The notes: generated by a model from the letters alone, not told the origin. A stretch of DNA of 32,000 nucleotides from Nitrosococcus oceani ATCC 19707 (GCF_000012805.1 NC_007484.1:240001-272000); one strand, 5' to 3'. Counted from the first letter of the stretch, positions 9,384-17,734 are shown. Made by a program: numbers and translations.

Positions 9384-11180
9384 TTATATGAAATGGGTAT
9401 CCGCTCCCGTTTTTATGGAATTAGCGGGCCTAGACACTGTTGCAAGTAGCGCGGACAACGGTTGCGGCTGACCAAGGCCATAGCCTTGCCCGTAATCTAT
9501 ACCGAGGCCGCGTAGTTTATCCAGGATAGCGTCGTTTTCGATGTATTCAGCAATGGTTTTTTTCCCCAGCAGATGGCCGATTTCGTTGATTGAACGAACC
9601 ATAGCCAGATCGATGGGGTCATCGACAATGTCTTTAACAAATAGACCATCAATTTTGAGAAAATTAACGGGCAGGGCCTTGAGGTAAGCAAACGAGGACA
9701 AGCCGCTGCCAAAGTCATCAAGAGAGAAACAACAGCCGCGTGTTTTCAGCGCCTCCATGAACCGGGTGGCATCAGCAAGATTAGCCACGGCGGCTGTTTC
9801 CGTAATCTCGAAGCAGATTTTTTTAGCCGGCAGGCCGGTATCGTCAAATTGCCGCAGTACATAAGCGTGGAAAAAGCGATCACCGATAGAGTGGCCCGAT
9901 AAATTAATAGTGCATAACGTGATTCGATCAAGCAGCGCCGGATGGGCGGCCAGCCAGCGCAATGCCTGGGTAACGACCCAGCGATCAATCGCAACGGCCA
10001 GATTATAGCGCTCGGCGGCTGGCATAAATGCGCCTGGCGGCGATATCTTACCATCGTTTTCCACCAACCGTAGTAACAATTCGCAGTGTATGCCACCGGA
10101 TAGCGTGGCCTTAAGCGGCACTATCGGTTGTGCATACAGTTGAAAGCGATTCTCTTCCAATGCCTGCTGAATACGGGCCACCCATTGCATTTCACCATGG
10201 CGCCGGGCCAACTCCACATCGTGCTCACGATAAATGTGAATTCGATTACGGCCGCCGTCTTTAGCAACGTAACAGGCGCTGTCGGCTGTTTGTAAGACGC
10301 TGGCGGCGCTTGAATTAGCAATGGTGATGGGCACCAAGCCGATACTGACGCCGATCCGAAAGTGTTGCCCATTCCAGCAAAAACGGAAACCCTCAACCGT
10401 TTGACGTAAGGTATTGGCTATTTGCAGCGCTCTGTCCAACGAGCAGTGCTCTAATAGCAGCCCAAATTCATCGCCTCCCAGCCGCGCCAGCGTATCGCGC
10501 CGACGGATATTTTTTTCGAACAGCACCGCCAGCTGTTGCAACAACGCATCGCCTGAAGCGTGCCCGCAAGTGTCGTTGACAAGCTTAAATTGATCGAGAT
10601 CGAGATAGCATAGGGCGTGCTCGCTGTTTTGCGTCTGAACGGTCTCGATTACCCTTTGCAAGCGCCGCTCAAACTCACGGCGATTGACTAGACCCGTAAG
10701 GGCATCGTGTTGCGCCTGATGGGCAATTTCGCACTGCAACCGGCGCTGTTCACTAACATCGTGAAATACCAGTACCGCGCCTAGCACCTGGTTGTTGGCG
10801 TCGCGGATAGGGGCGGCGGAGATTTCAATTGAATATTCGGCGCCGTGGCGACTGATGAGTACCGTAGGGTTGGTGGATCTCACAGCGGAGCTGCCAGTCA
10901 AGCAAGGGGCGAGAGGATCGGCTACCGGCTCACGGGTGGACTCATTGATAATTTGCAATACGTCCGGTAATGCTTTGCCCCGGGCAGCCGCCAATAGCCA
11001 ACCGGTCATAGCCTCGGCGGTTGGATTAAGGTAGTTGATACGGCTATTAGCATCAGTAGTAATCACCCCGTCGCCGATGGATTCCAGGGTTACCTGGATA
11101 CGCTCTTTTTCGGCGACCAGCGCGGCCTCGGCACGGTTACGGGCGGTGACATCATGCATTACTGTGAGCGAGTGAGCCAC
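9384..11180 (-). CDS. Downstream fragment: PAS-GGDEF-EAL (ORF as it stands)
   Basis: 598-aa ORF opening at an internal GTG (11180), with an in-frame ATG at 11159. It holds a PAS domain (GDGVITTD...), a GGDEF domain and an EAL domain. Whether it is translated on its own is unknown. Confidence 0.7.
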   Translation of the reverse strand: MAHSLTVMHDVTARNRAEAALVAEKERIQVTLESIGDGVITTDANSRINYLNPTAEAMTGWLLAAARGKALPDVLQIINESTREPVADPLAPCLTGSSAVRSTNPTVLISRHGAEYSIEISAAPIRDANNQVLGAVLVFHDVSEQRRLQCEIAHQAQHDALTGLVNRREFERRLQRVIETVQTQNSEHALCYLDLDQFKLVNDTCGHASGDALLQQLAVLFEKNIRRRDTLARLGGDEFGLLLEHCSLDRALQIANTLRQTVEGFRFCWNGQHFRIGVSIGLVPITIANSSAASVLQTADSACYVAKDGGRNRIHIYREHDVELARRHGEMQWVARIQQALEENRFQLYAQPIVPLKATLSGGIHCELLLRLVENDGKISPPGAFMPAAERYNLAVAIDRWVVTQALRWLAAHPALLDRITLCTINLSGHSIGDRFFHAYVLRQFDDTGLPAKKICFEITETAAVANLADATRFMEALKTRGCCFSLDDFGSGLSSFAYLKALPVNFLKIDGLFVKDIVDDPIDLAMVRSINEIGHLLGKKTIAEYIENDAILDKLRGLGIDYGQGYGLGQPQPLSALLATVSRPANSIKTGADTHFI

Positions 11181-11417
11181 ACTGCCGTCAGGGTCGCGCT
11201 CGGCAATGGCCGATAGCAGGACATCAAAAACTTCGCCGTTTTTCTTTTGGATTCCAGGGTTACCTGGATACGCTCTTTTTCGGCGACCAGCGCGGCCTCG
11301 GCACGGTTACGGGCGGTGACATCATGCATTACTGTGAGCGAGTGAGCCACACTGCCGTCAGGGTCGCGCTCGGCAATGGCCGATAGCAGGACATCAAAAA
11401 CTTCGCCGTTTTTCTTT
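11078..11417. repeat. Perfect 2 x 170-bp direct tandem duplication
   Basis: Base-by-base comparison shows 11078-11247 is identical to 11248-11417. The flanking bases differ (11077 a vs 11247 t; 11248 t vs 11418 a), so there is no junction microhomology. Confidence 0.97.
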
Positions 11418-12568
11418 ACCATTTGGTAAGGGACGTCGCGGCAAGCGCCGCTACGCATAAATGCCGGTAGTACAACCTCGGTCGCGTAGCGGCGGGAGGC
11501 CTCGGTCATAAAATCCGTAGAGCACCGCCCAATGACCTCATCGTGCTCATAGCCCATGATGGTGAGCCAATAAGCGCTGACCCTGAGCAGCCGCCCTTGA
11601 TGATCAATCGAGTGCAGCATGGCCGGGGTATCATGATAGAGCGAGCGATAGCGTGCTTGATTTTGTATTATCTCCGCTTCTGCACGAAGCCGGTTTTCAC
11701 GCTCGATGCTAATCACCAGCGCTGGCAGGATGACTAGACTTAGGTAAATTTGCAGCGTTTGAATCGTGGTTAAGGAAATGCCGCCGGCTTGACTGGCGAT
11801 GGGACCCACGCCTTGCAGCGTGAGTGCAACCACGATGATAGTGATAACGAGTCCCAGTACCCCACACGCAAATAGGCCGAGACGGAAACTGAACCAGAGC
11901 ATCACGGGGGCAGTTAAGTATATGAGGGCGTACGATGAACTGTGGAACACGCCGACTGTAACCGCCGCGGCGCTCAGTAAGGCCATTGCCGTTTCAATCG
12001 CCCGCTTCGTCAGCAACATTTTCGCCACTGGCCAGGAAGCGCTTAGCAGGACCGGTGTGATGAGGGCGATACTGACCACATCGGCGAGCCACCAAGTCGG
12101 CCACGCGGCCCAGTAAAATGTGCCATAGACCACCCCAATGAAGACTGCGCCCGCGGCGGTGCCAAGCAGACCCGCACCTACTAACGCTAGTAGTTGCGAG
12201 GGTTCCCGGAGTGTAACCGGTAGTGGCATTAGCCGCTGCATGCAAGCGACCGTTACGGCAACCGCCAAGCCATTGGCCAGCATAAACCCTAGCGCGATAC
12301 TGGTTGACTCACCCATCAGCTTGCTGGCCACTAGGTCGGCTAGCAGGCAGCTCCCGAAGTAACCCGGCCAGTAGCGAGGGTTGGCCCGCAATAGTACGCC
12401 GATGAGGATGGCGTTCGATGGCCACAGCACGGCGATATTGTCGCCTTCGTTAGATAGCTCAGTTTTGAGCAAGGCAGTCAGAAAATAAGCTAGACCGACC
12501 GCCAGAAAACGGATTCCCTGCGCTCTTGTTACGGGTTTACCACCCATTTCTCTAAAATATGTTAGCAA
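11159..12568 (-). CDS. Upstream fragment: MASE1 membrane sensor domain plus first PAS domain (ORF as it stands)
   Basis: 469-aa ORF with about 8 hydrophobic helices in the first ~290 aa (MASE1-like), then a PAS domain. The last ~29 codons (KRKTAKFLMS...TRSQ) are an out-of-frame read of repeat copy 1. The start could be TTG 12568 or ATG 12547. Confidence 0.7.
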   Translation of the reverse strand: MLTYFREMGGKPVTRAQGIRFLAVGLAYFLTALLKTELSNEGDNIAVLWPSNAILIGVLLRANPRYWPGYFGSCLLADLVASKLMGESTSIALGFMLANGLAVAVTVACMQRLMPLPVTLREPSQLLALVGAGLLGTAAGAVFIGVVYGTFYWAAWPTWWLADVVSIALITPVLLSASWPVAKMLLTKRAIETAMALLSAAAVTVGVFHSSSYALIYLTAPVMLWFSFRLGLFACGVLGLVITIIVVALTLQGVGPIASQAGGISLTTIQTLQIYLSLVILPALVISIERENRLRAEAEIIQNQARYRSLYHDTPAMLHSIDHQGRLLRVSAYWLTIMGYEHDEVIGRCSTDFMTEASRRYATEVVLPAFMRSGACRDVPYQMVKKNGEVFDVLLSAIAERDPDGSVAHSLTVMHDVTARNRAEAALVAEKERIQVTLESKRKTAKFLMSCYRPLPSATLTAVWLTRSQ

Positions 12569-12776
12569 GACGCTCGGTCAATCGCTCAGCTTTATTTTCT
12601 TTATCTTAGCCGTTTTTGGCGCCTGATGGTTATCAAATAGCCGCTGAAAAACAATTCTGGCTGCAGTTTCCAGCAGAGTCTGAGAGTTGATAGTAGGAGC
12701 CGCACCGAAGATTTGCTAATCTAGCAGGTGCTAGGGCTCATAGACAATAATTTTAACTTGGAGTGATCACATAAGC

Positions 12777-13196
12777 ATGCTTTGGATCAAAGCCTTTCAT
12801 ATTATCTTTGTGGTGACCTGGTTCGCTGGTCTGTTTTATTTACCGCGGTTATTTGTCTACCATGCCCAATGCCAGGATAAGCCAGGGCGGGAGCGTTTTA
12901 AAGTCATGGAGCGCAAGCTTTATCGCGGTATTATGCATCCTAGTGCTATTTTGGCAGTGGGATTAGGTGTGTGGCTGATTTATTTAACTCCGGCTTGGAT
13001 GGGGGCGGGGTGGCTCCATGTCAAACTTTCCCTGGTTCTGCTTTTGATTGCCTATCATCTTTATTGTGGCCGGTTGTTGATCGCCTTTCGCGAAGAGCGT
13101 AACCGCCACAGTCATGTGTATTATCGCTGGTTTAATGAGTTCCCAGTGTTAATCCTGATTGGCGCGGTGATTCTAGTGGTGGTAAAGCCTTTTTGA
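12777..13196 (+). CDS. hemJ: Protoporphyrinogen IX oxidase HemJ (UPF0093/CopD-like membrane protein)
   Basis: 139-aa ORF with 4 TM helices. Family signature N-terminus WIKAFHIIFVVTWFAGLFYLPRLFVYH and the block ER.LYR.IM.P. Confidence 0.8.
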   Translation: MLWIKAFHIIFVVTWFAGLFYLPRLFVYHAQCQDKPGRERFKVMERKLYRGIMHPSAILAVGLGVWLIYLTPAWMGAGWLHVKLSLVLLLIAYHLYCGRLLIAFREERNRHSHVYYRWFNEFPVLILIGAVILVVVKPF

Positions 13197-13252
13197 GGAT
13201 AGCGCGTATTTTTAGAACAGAAAAATAAGACCGTTGAGCGGGGGGAGAAAGC

Positions 13253-14296
13253 ATGGAAATTCGTCTTTCAGAGATTGCCCAGTTTTTGGGTTGCGCTATT
13301 GAGGGCGATGGAGAAGCCCCTATCCGGGGGATTGCGCCCCTCCATCAGGCGCAGGCAAGCGAGCTAAGCTTTTATACTAATCGTAAGTACGCGGCTCAGG
13401 CTCGGTTATCAAAGGCGGGGGCTATCATAGTAGGGGCCAAGGATCGGGAACAATTTGCGGGTCGTCGCCTGCTTATTTCGGACAATCCTTACCGTGATTT
13501 TGCTCGAGTCGTGGATAGGTGGTTTAATCGCTCTTACCGTCCGGCGCCAGGTGTGCATCCTACGGCTATCGTGGGGGACGACGTACAAATTGCGGAAAAC
13601 TGCAGTATTGGGGCCTATTGTGTAATTGAAGACGGGGTGACTATCAAAGCTCATACCGTCTTATTTCCCTTTTGTTACGTGGGCGCTAAGACGATTCTCG
13701 GTGAGCATTGCTTGCTCTATCCGCGCGTTACCCTGCTGGAGCGGGTGAGGATTGGGCACCGGGTTATCCTTCACCCTGGCGTGGTTATTGGTGGCGATGG
13801 TTTTGGATTTGCGCCGGACCCTCCTCAGGGCTATTTTAAGGTGCCGCAAGTGGGGTGGGTAGAGATTGCCGATGATGTGGAGGTGCAATGTAATACAGCC
13901 ATTGACCGGGGGGCGTTGGGACCGACCCGAATCGGTCAGGGCAGCAAAATCGATAATCTGGTTCAAGTTGGCCACAATGTAGAGATTGGCGAGCACAGCA
14001 TTATTGTTAGCCAGGTGGGTATTTCTGGGAGTAGCAAAATTGGTAATTGGGTGACCTTGGCGGGCCAGGTAGGGTTAGTGGGTCATATTCGGATCGGCGA
14101 TGGGGCCGTGATAACCGCCCAATCCGGGGTGGCTAAGGATGTGCCACCCAAGGCCATTATGACTGGCAGCCCCGTCCAGCCTATGATGGAAAACCGCAGG
14201 GCGCTGGCAGAGCTGAACCGGCTTAGGGAGTTGCGCAAAAAGGTCCGTGAGTTGGAGCGGCGACTCACGGTGCTGGAGCAAGTTGAAAGCTGCTAA
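13253..14296 (+). CDS. lpxD: UDP-3-O-acylglucosamine N-acyltransferase
   Basis: 347-aa ORF with an N-terminal uridine-binding domain (LSEIAQFLG...I.G.A.L..A....LSF), a long left-handed beta-helix of hexapeptide repeats, VQVGHNVEIGEHS (catalytic His region), and a C-terminal helical tail. Confidence 0.92.
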   Translation: MEIRLSEIAQFLGCAIEGDGEAPIRGIAPLHQAQASELSFYTNRKYAAQARLSKAGAIIVGAKDREQFAGRRLLISDNPYRDFARVVDRWFNRSYRPAPGVHPTAIVGDDVQIAENCSIGAYCVIEDGVTIKAHTVLFPFCYVGAKTILGEHCLLYPRVTLLERVRIGHRVILHPGVVIGGDGFGFAPDPPQGYFKVPQVGWVEIADDVEVQCNTAIDRGALGPTRIGQGSKIDNLVQVGHNVEIGEHSIIVSQVGISGSSKIGNWVTLAGQVGLVGHIRIGDGAVITAQSGVAKDVPPKAIMTGSPVQPMMENRRALAELNRLRELRKKVRELERRLTVLEQVESC

Positions 14297-15284
14297 TGGG
14301 CTCCGGAGGCAGAGTCGTAAGGAATAAGCCGAGGGTAAGGGCTGGTGGAGGGCCTGGCGTTTCCAACAGGCGATAGACTCGGCCACGGTTGATGCTGGCC
14401 GCCGCCTGTTCTGAGCCCCCCAGAATATACAAATGGGAGCCGGTGCTGATAGCGGGCATCCCGTGGAGCGCCATGGGCAAGGGAGGACCAGGTTGCCATT
14501 TTCCGGATAGCTTTTCCAAGATTTCTGAACTGGCCAGGGTTGTTCGTCCGGTCATGATGATTTCGCCTCCGAAAACCATGATTTTTCCTTGATAAACCGC
14601 TGCGCCATGGCCACCCCGGGCGGTATTCAAGGAGGGGCCTTCCCGCCAAGTATCGGTTGCGGGATCATAGATTTCCACTGAGCCCAGTTCGCCAGCGCCC
14701 TGATAGCGGCCGCCGAGGACGACGATCCTGTCTTCAAAAACCACGCTGCGGATATGCTCCCTGCGCTGGTGCATCCCCTTTAGGAAATCCCAGGAATCTT
14801 GCTGTGGGTCATAGCGGAGCAATCTTCCGCTTGGGCCTTTGCCGCCTACAACGTAAATAAAATCACCCATTGAGACGGCATCTCCCGCATAGCGGGGTTC
14901 GGGCAAGGGCGTTAAGGTTTGCCACTGATTGCTGGGGGGATCGTAAACCCAAGCGGTTACCGTTGGAGACCAATCTTGATCGCCGCCCCCAAAAACATAG
15001 ATTTTCCCCTGATGGGCTGTGGCCATGAGGTGATGGCGAGGGGCTGGCAGCGGTGCCAGTTGTTCCCAGCTATCAGTGGTAACATCATATACTTCAAACT
15101 GGTGCTGGCCGCCTAATCCTCCTGGTACATATATTTTTCCATCCAGATAGGCTGCCGCCATTTCCGAACGGTGGGTGGGCATGGGATGTAGTTGTTGCCA
15201 CTGCGCCGAGGCGGAATAGGTTAGAAACAATAGGCTTAGGCTTAGCAAGAAAAGTAAGCTTAGGTAGGTTTTATTAGATCTCAT
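14265..15284 (-). CDS. Secreted/periplasmic six-bladed Kelch-repeat beta-propeller protein
   Basis: 339-aa ORF with a signal peptide (LSLLFLLSLSLLFLTYSASA-QW). There are six Kelch-type blades, each with a hydrophobic-GG doublet: YVPGGLGG, YVFGGGD, YVVGGKG, VVLGGRY, MVFGGEI, YILGGSE. Its 3' end overlaps the lpxD 3' end by 32 nt, convergently. Confidence 0.85.
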   Translation of the reverse strand: MRSNKTYLSLLFLLSLSLLFLTYSASAQWQQLHPMPTHRSEMAAAYLDGKIYVPGGLGGQHQFEVYDVTTDSWEQLAPLPAPRHHLMATAHQGKIYVFGGGDQDWSPTVTAWVYDPPSNQWQTLTPLPEPRYAGDAVSMGDFIYVVGGKGPSGRLLRYDPQQDSWDFLKGMHQRREHIRSVVFEDRIVVLGGRYQGAGELGSVEIYDPATDTWREGPSLNTARGGHGAAVYQGKIMVFGGEIIMTGRTTLASSEILEKLSGKWQPGPPLPMALHGMPAISTGSHLYILGGSEQAAASINRGRVYRLLETPGPPPALTLGLFLTTLPPEPISSFQLAPAP

Positions 15285-15420
15285 TTGGGCGCGCCGATTG
15301 TGTGGGTGTATCTTTTAGCATAGCAGTTTGTGTTCCGGAACACCGCTGTAATCATGTGCATGCGGCCCCCTTACGCCTCATCTATTACAGCGTTGAATGT
15401 GTGGGTAAGGAGTTCATTAA

Positions 15421-16191
15421 TCAGATTTTTTGCATTCTCATTTCAACCAGGGGGTAAATCATGTTGTTCCAAACTGCACCGAGGGCTTGACTCTTTTCTA
15501 GCCCTTCCCAAATTCTGGGCCAGTCCAGATGGGTTGGACTGAGCGCCCCGTAAGCGCTGAACATGGATTTCAGCAAGGCGTTGTTTTTCCTTCGGATCAT
15601 CCATTTCCGCCATAGCCACCAACCGGTCATACCTATCCAGATCAGTGGCCCCAGGGGTGAGGCCGGGGAAACGGCTGCAAAGATGATGAACCAGGCGGCA
15701 ATTTTAAGCAGCAATAAAGCGCCTCTCCACGCTTCCGTCAGGACTCTAAAGCCGGTTTTGCCCGATTTTCTGGATTGATAACGGCTGAAGGGCATGGTGC
15801 GGGCGCGGATGGTATCCAGCGCCGCCAGATAATCCCCATAGATTAAAGTGTTCAACACCAACCAGTCCAGTTCCCGGCAATGGAGCCAGGGAGCACGCAA
15901 ATAGCGCCCGGCAGCCTGTTGTAATTCCTCTTGAGCGAAATTTAAATTGCGCCAGTCCAATTCCCTGTCGTTTAGGGTGCGATGATGCCAGGCAGTAAGG
16001 GGATTTGGGGGGATTTCCGGGACATTCTCGCTGTTTTCCCATCCAATGGAGCGAAAGATATCCTTAACAATGGCTTGGGCTTCGGCTTGAAGTTGTTCCG
16101 TGGCGGAGTCGTTTAGATGGCGCTTGTTGGCCTCTATGGATGCTTGCTGGGCAGTTTGGGTAAGAAGTTCTGCTTTGGTGACCATTGCCAT
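15421..16191 (-). CDS. Hypothetical membrane protein (soluble N-domain plus two C-terminal TM helices)
   Basis: 256-aa ORF with AAGGG just upstream of the ATG pair at 16191/16185. Predicted TM segments are LLLLKIAAWFIIFAAV and LGPLIWIGMTGWWLW. I recognise no family motif. The coding call rests on ORF length, position and plausible composition only. Confidence 0.6.
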   Translation of the reverse strand: MAMVTKAELLTQTAQQASIEANKRHLNDSATEQLQAEAQAIVKDIFRSIGWENSENVPEIPPNPLTAWHHRTLNDRELDWRNLNFAQEELQQAAGRYLRAPWLHCRELDWLVLNTLIYGDYLAALDTIRARTMPFSRYQSRKSGKTGFRVLTEAWRGALLLLKIAAWFIIFAAVSPASPLGPLIWIGMTGWWLWRKWMIRRKNNALLKSMFSAYGALSPTHLDWPRIWEGLEKSQALGAVWNNMIYPLVEMRMQKI

Positions 16192-16347
16192 CCCTTTGGT
16201 AGTTGCCGGTTAATCAACGAGGAACTTGTCATTATATTGGGATATTTTCTACCAGGAAGGAAAAATTTTCCATGGATAATGGTTGGATGACCGGGATCAA
16301 ATTGCCTTTATGGGAATGGATTATTATTGGCGAGATTATTGTAAGAA

Positions 16348-16392
16348 GACCGGGAGGAAAGGAACTGATACCCTCCTGCCGGTCTGTTTTTA
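16348..16392 (+). terminator. Terminator-like hairpin with a plus-strand T-tract (function and strand uncertain)
   Basis: agaccgg (16348-54) pairs with ccggtct (16380-86), and gagg (16355-58) with cctc (16373-76), with a 3-nt bulge and 14-nt loop, followed by gttttt. It sits in the spacer between two minus-strand genes, and no plus-strand gene lies upstream of it. Confidence 0.3.
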
Positions 16393-16438
16393 GAGAGATT
16401 TAAAATCTTCTCTCGGTGTGGATTGAGGCAGGTATCTG

Positions 16439-17734
16439 TTAGGGATTATCTACCTCGCTCATCAAGGGTGGAAGCTTGGTGCTGGTGACAGTGAAGTTGT
16501 ATTGATGCCACGGTGACTCAACCAGTAATGTTCTCTCGCTGGGGCTAGGACAATCCTTGAGGGGCATGGTAGGATCAATAGAGCAGACATATTGTGCGCC
16601 GCCGCTTTCCTCATCTAGTGCCGGGGCCACACCAATTCGTATAAAATACTTGCCTGGATTGCGGATACCCAGATAATAATTTTGTTCCATGTCGGTCCGC
16701 CCGGTGAGCAGCATTCGTTCATTTTCATCGTACACGGTGACTTGCCAAGTGCTGTCTTCGCAGTCTTGGCTAGCGCAAAATTCTATACTGAGAATTTCAT
16801 TCCCTGCCGTGTCATAGACAAACCAGTCCTCTTCGAAGGCAAATCCCACCGATCCAAAGATGAGAGGTCCGGATATTAAGCCCTCCATGGTGACATTGGA
16901 TGCGAGGGGGGTGGCAAAGGTTAATGGGTTGGCTTCATCGCGGGAGTCATTGGGTTCCACTTCGGCGTCAAAAAAATTGACGTCAAGGGGTTCCGTGGTG
17001 ACCTGAGAATCCCCCAGAAAAGCGGCCAGGCGGTACTCGTGGGGCAGATGTTCATAGATCAGGTCAGCTTCGCCGCTTTGGTCTGAAGATCTTGTCTCTT
17101 CCTGGGCCTGCTTCAAGGATTTTACCACTACATAATAAGTACCCGCACGGGATAGGATTGTCTGTAATGGGCTTTCTGGTCCGAAGTCAAACCCAGTGTA
17201 GACTTCCGAGAAAATATTACCCCCGCTATCCCGAATGGAGAGATTCCATCCGGTAATATCGTTTAATCCGGGAACGTTAAAATTAACGGTGAGCATTTGA
17301 TTGGATTCCGTGGTGGTAATACGGAACCAGTCCACATCTTCCGGGCTATAAAGCTGCCCCGCGTATTCAACGCCGAACTCCATGGCGTCAGCGCCCATGG
17401 CATGGTTATTGGGTTCGGTTTCGCCAAAGCCGGTGCTGTCTAGAAAACTGGATAAAGTCACCCCGCAGCTTGCCGGATCGGTGGCGCATCCTGCTTTGGT
17501 TTCAGCAATAATTTCATCCTTGTTTGCAGGGGGGGAGGCGTTGGTATCAGCCTCCGGCTCTGGGTCTGCGGTATTACTAAAGTTCTGAGTACTTTCTTGG
17601 CTGGTATTATTGCTGCTGGTATTATTGTTATCATTTGAATCCAACTCGGGGAAGATATTCAAACCAGCCGCCCCGAGGGTTGGCACAAGTAGCAAACCTA
17701 AAAAAATAAAACAGTGACGGGCCAAATTTTTCAC
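16439..17734 (-). CDS. Secreted protein with two pre-peptidase C-terminal (PPC) domains and no catalytic domain
   Basis: Signal peptide (M)KNLARHCFIFLGLLLVPTLGAAG, then an Asn/Ser/Thr/Asp-rich linker. Two PPC-type modules start at ETEPNNHAMGADAM...DVDWFRI and EVEPNDSRDEANPL...EEDWFVY, and there are three Cys pairs. I prefer the GTG at 17734, which has AGGGAG 8 nt upstream; the track start is GTG 17743. Confidence 0.8.
   Translation of the reverse strand: MKNLARHCFIFLGLLLVPTLGAAGLNIFPELDSNDNNNTSSNNTSQESTQNFSNTADPEPEADTNASPPANKDEIIAETKAGCATDPASCGVTLSSFLDSTGFGETEPNNHAMGADAMEFGVEYAGQLYSPEDVDWFRITTTESNQMLTVNFNVPGLNDITGWNLSIRDSGGNIFSEVYTGFDFGPESPLQTILSRAGTYYVVVKSLKQAQEETRSSDQSGEADLIYEHLPHEYRLAAFLGDSQVTTEPLDVNFFDAEVEPNDSRDEANPLTFATPLASNVTMEGLISGPLIFGSVGFAFEEDWFVYDTAGNEILSIEFCASQDCEDSTWQVTVYDENERMLLTGRTDMEQNYYLGIRNPGKYFIRIGVAPALDEESGGAQYVCSIDPTMPLKDCPSPSERTLLVESPWHQYNFTVTSTKLPPLMSEVDNP

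Larger units (their letters stand above)
9384..12568 (-). pseudogene. MASE1-PAS-PAS-GGDEF-EAL c-di-GMP signalling gene, frameshifted by a 170-bp tandem duplication
   Basis: The two adjacent minus-strand ORFs share the peptide AHSLTVMHDVTARNRAEAALVAEKERIQVTLES at their junction. The locus is 3185 nt; subtracting 170 gives 3015 nt, or 1005 codons, as one open frame. GGDEF (RLGGDEFGLLL, with RRRD five residues upstream as an I-site) and EAL-domain motifs (FEITE, DDFGSG, QGYG) are intact. Confidence 0.85.

Noticed and set aside
11078-11417. Whether the 170-bp repeat is a CRISPR array or part of a mobile element.
   Set aside because: There are only two copies, directly abutting with no spacer. 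I see no terminal inverted repeats or target-site duplication. The repeated DNA is ordinary coding sequence of the host gene, so this is a simple tandem duplication.
15285-15420. Structured spacer upstream of the Kelch gene. It holds a 14-bp perfect palindrome GTGTTCCGGAACAC (15329-15342), an adjacent 9-bp inverted repeat (15343-15351 with 15374-15382), and an 11/12 direct repeat ga(t/a)tgtgtgggt (15296-15307 and 15385-15396).
   Set aside because: By rough count about 2 perfect 14-bp palindromes and several 9-bp inverted repeats with short loops are expected by chance in 32 kb. I found no convincing -35/-10 elements or known operator consensus. It may be an operator, but the sequence alone does not support that claim.
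16203-16403. A 66-aa plus-strand ORF in the spacer between the PPC gene and the membrane-protein gene, with an internal ATG at 16272 preceded by AGGAAGGA.
   Set aside because: It has a TTG start and no family resemblance. The terminator-like hairpin and T-tract (16348-16392) lie inside it, before its stop, which is inconsistent with a real coding unit. It cannot be distinguished from a chance ORF.
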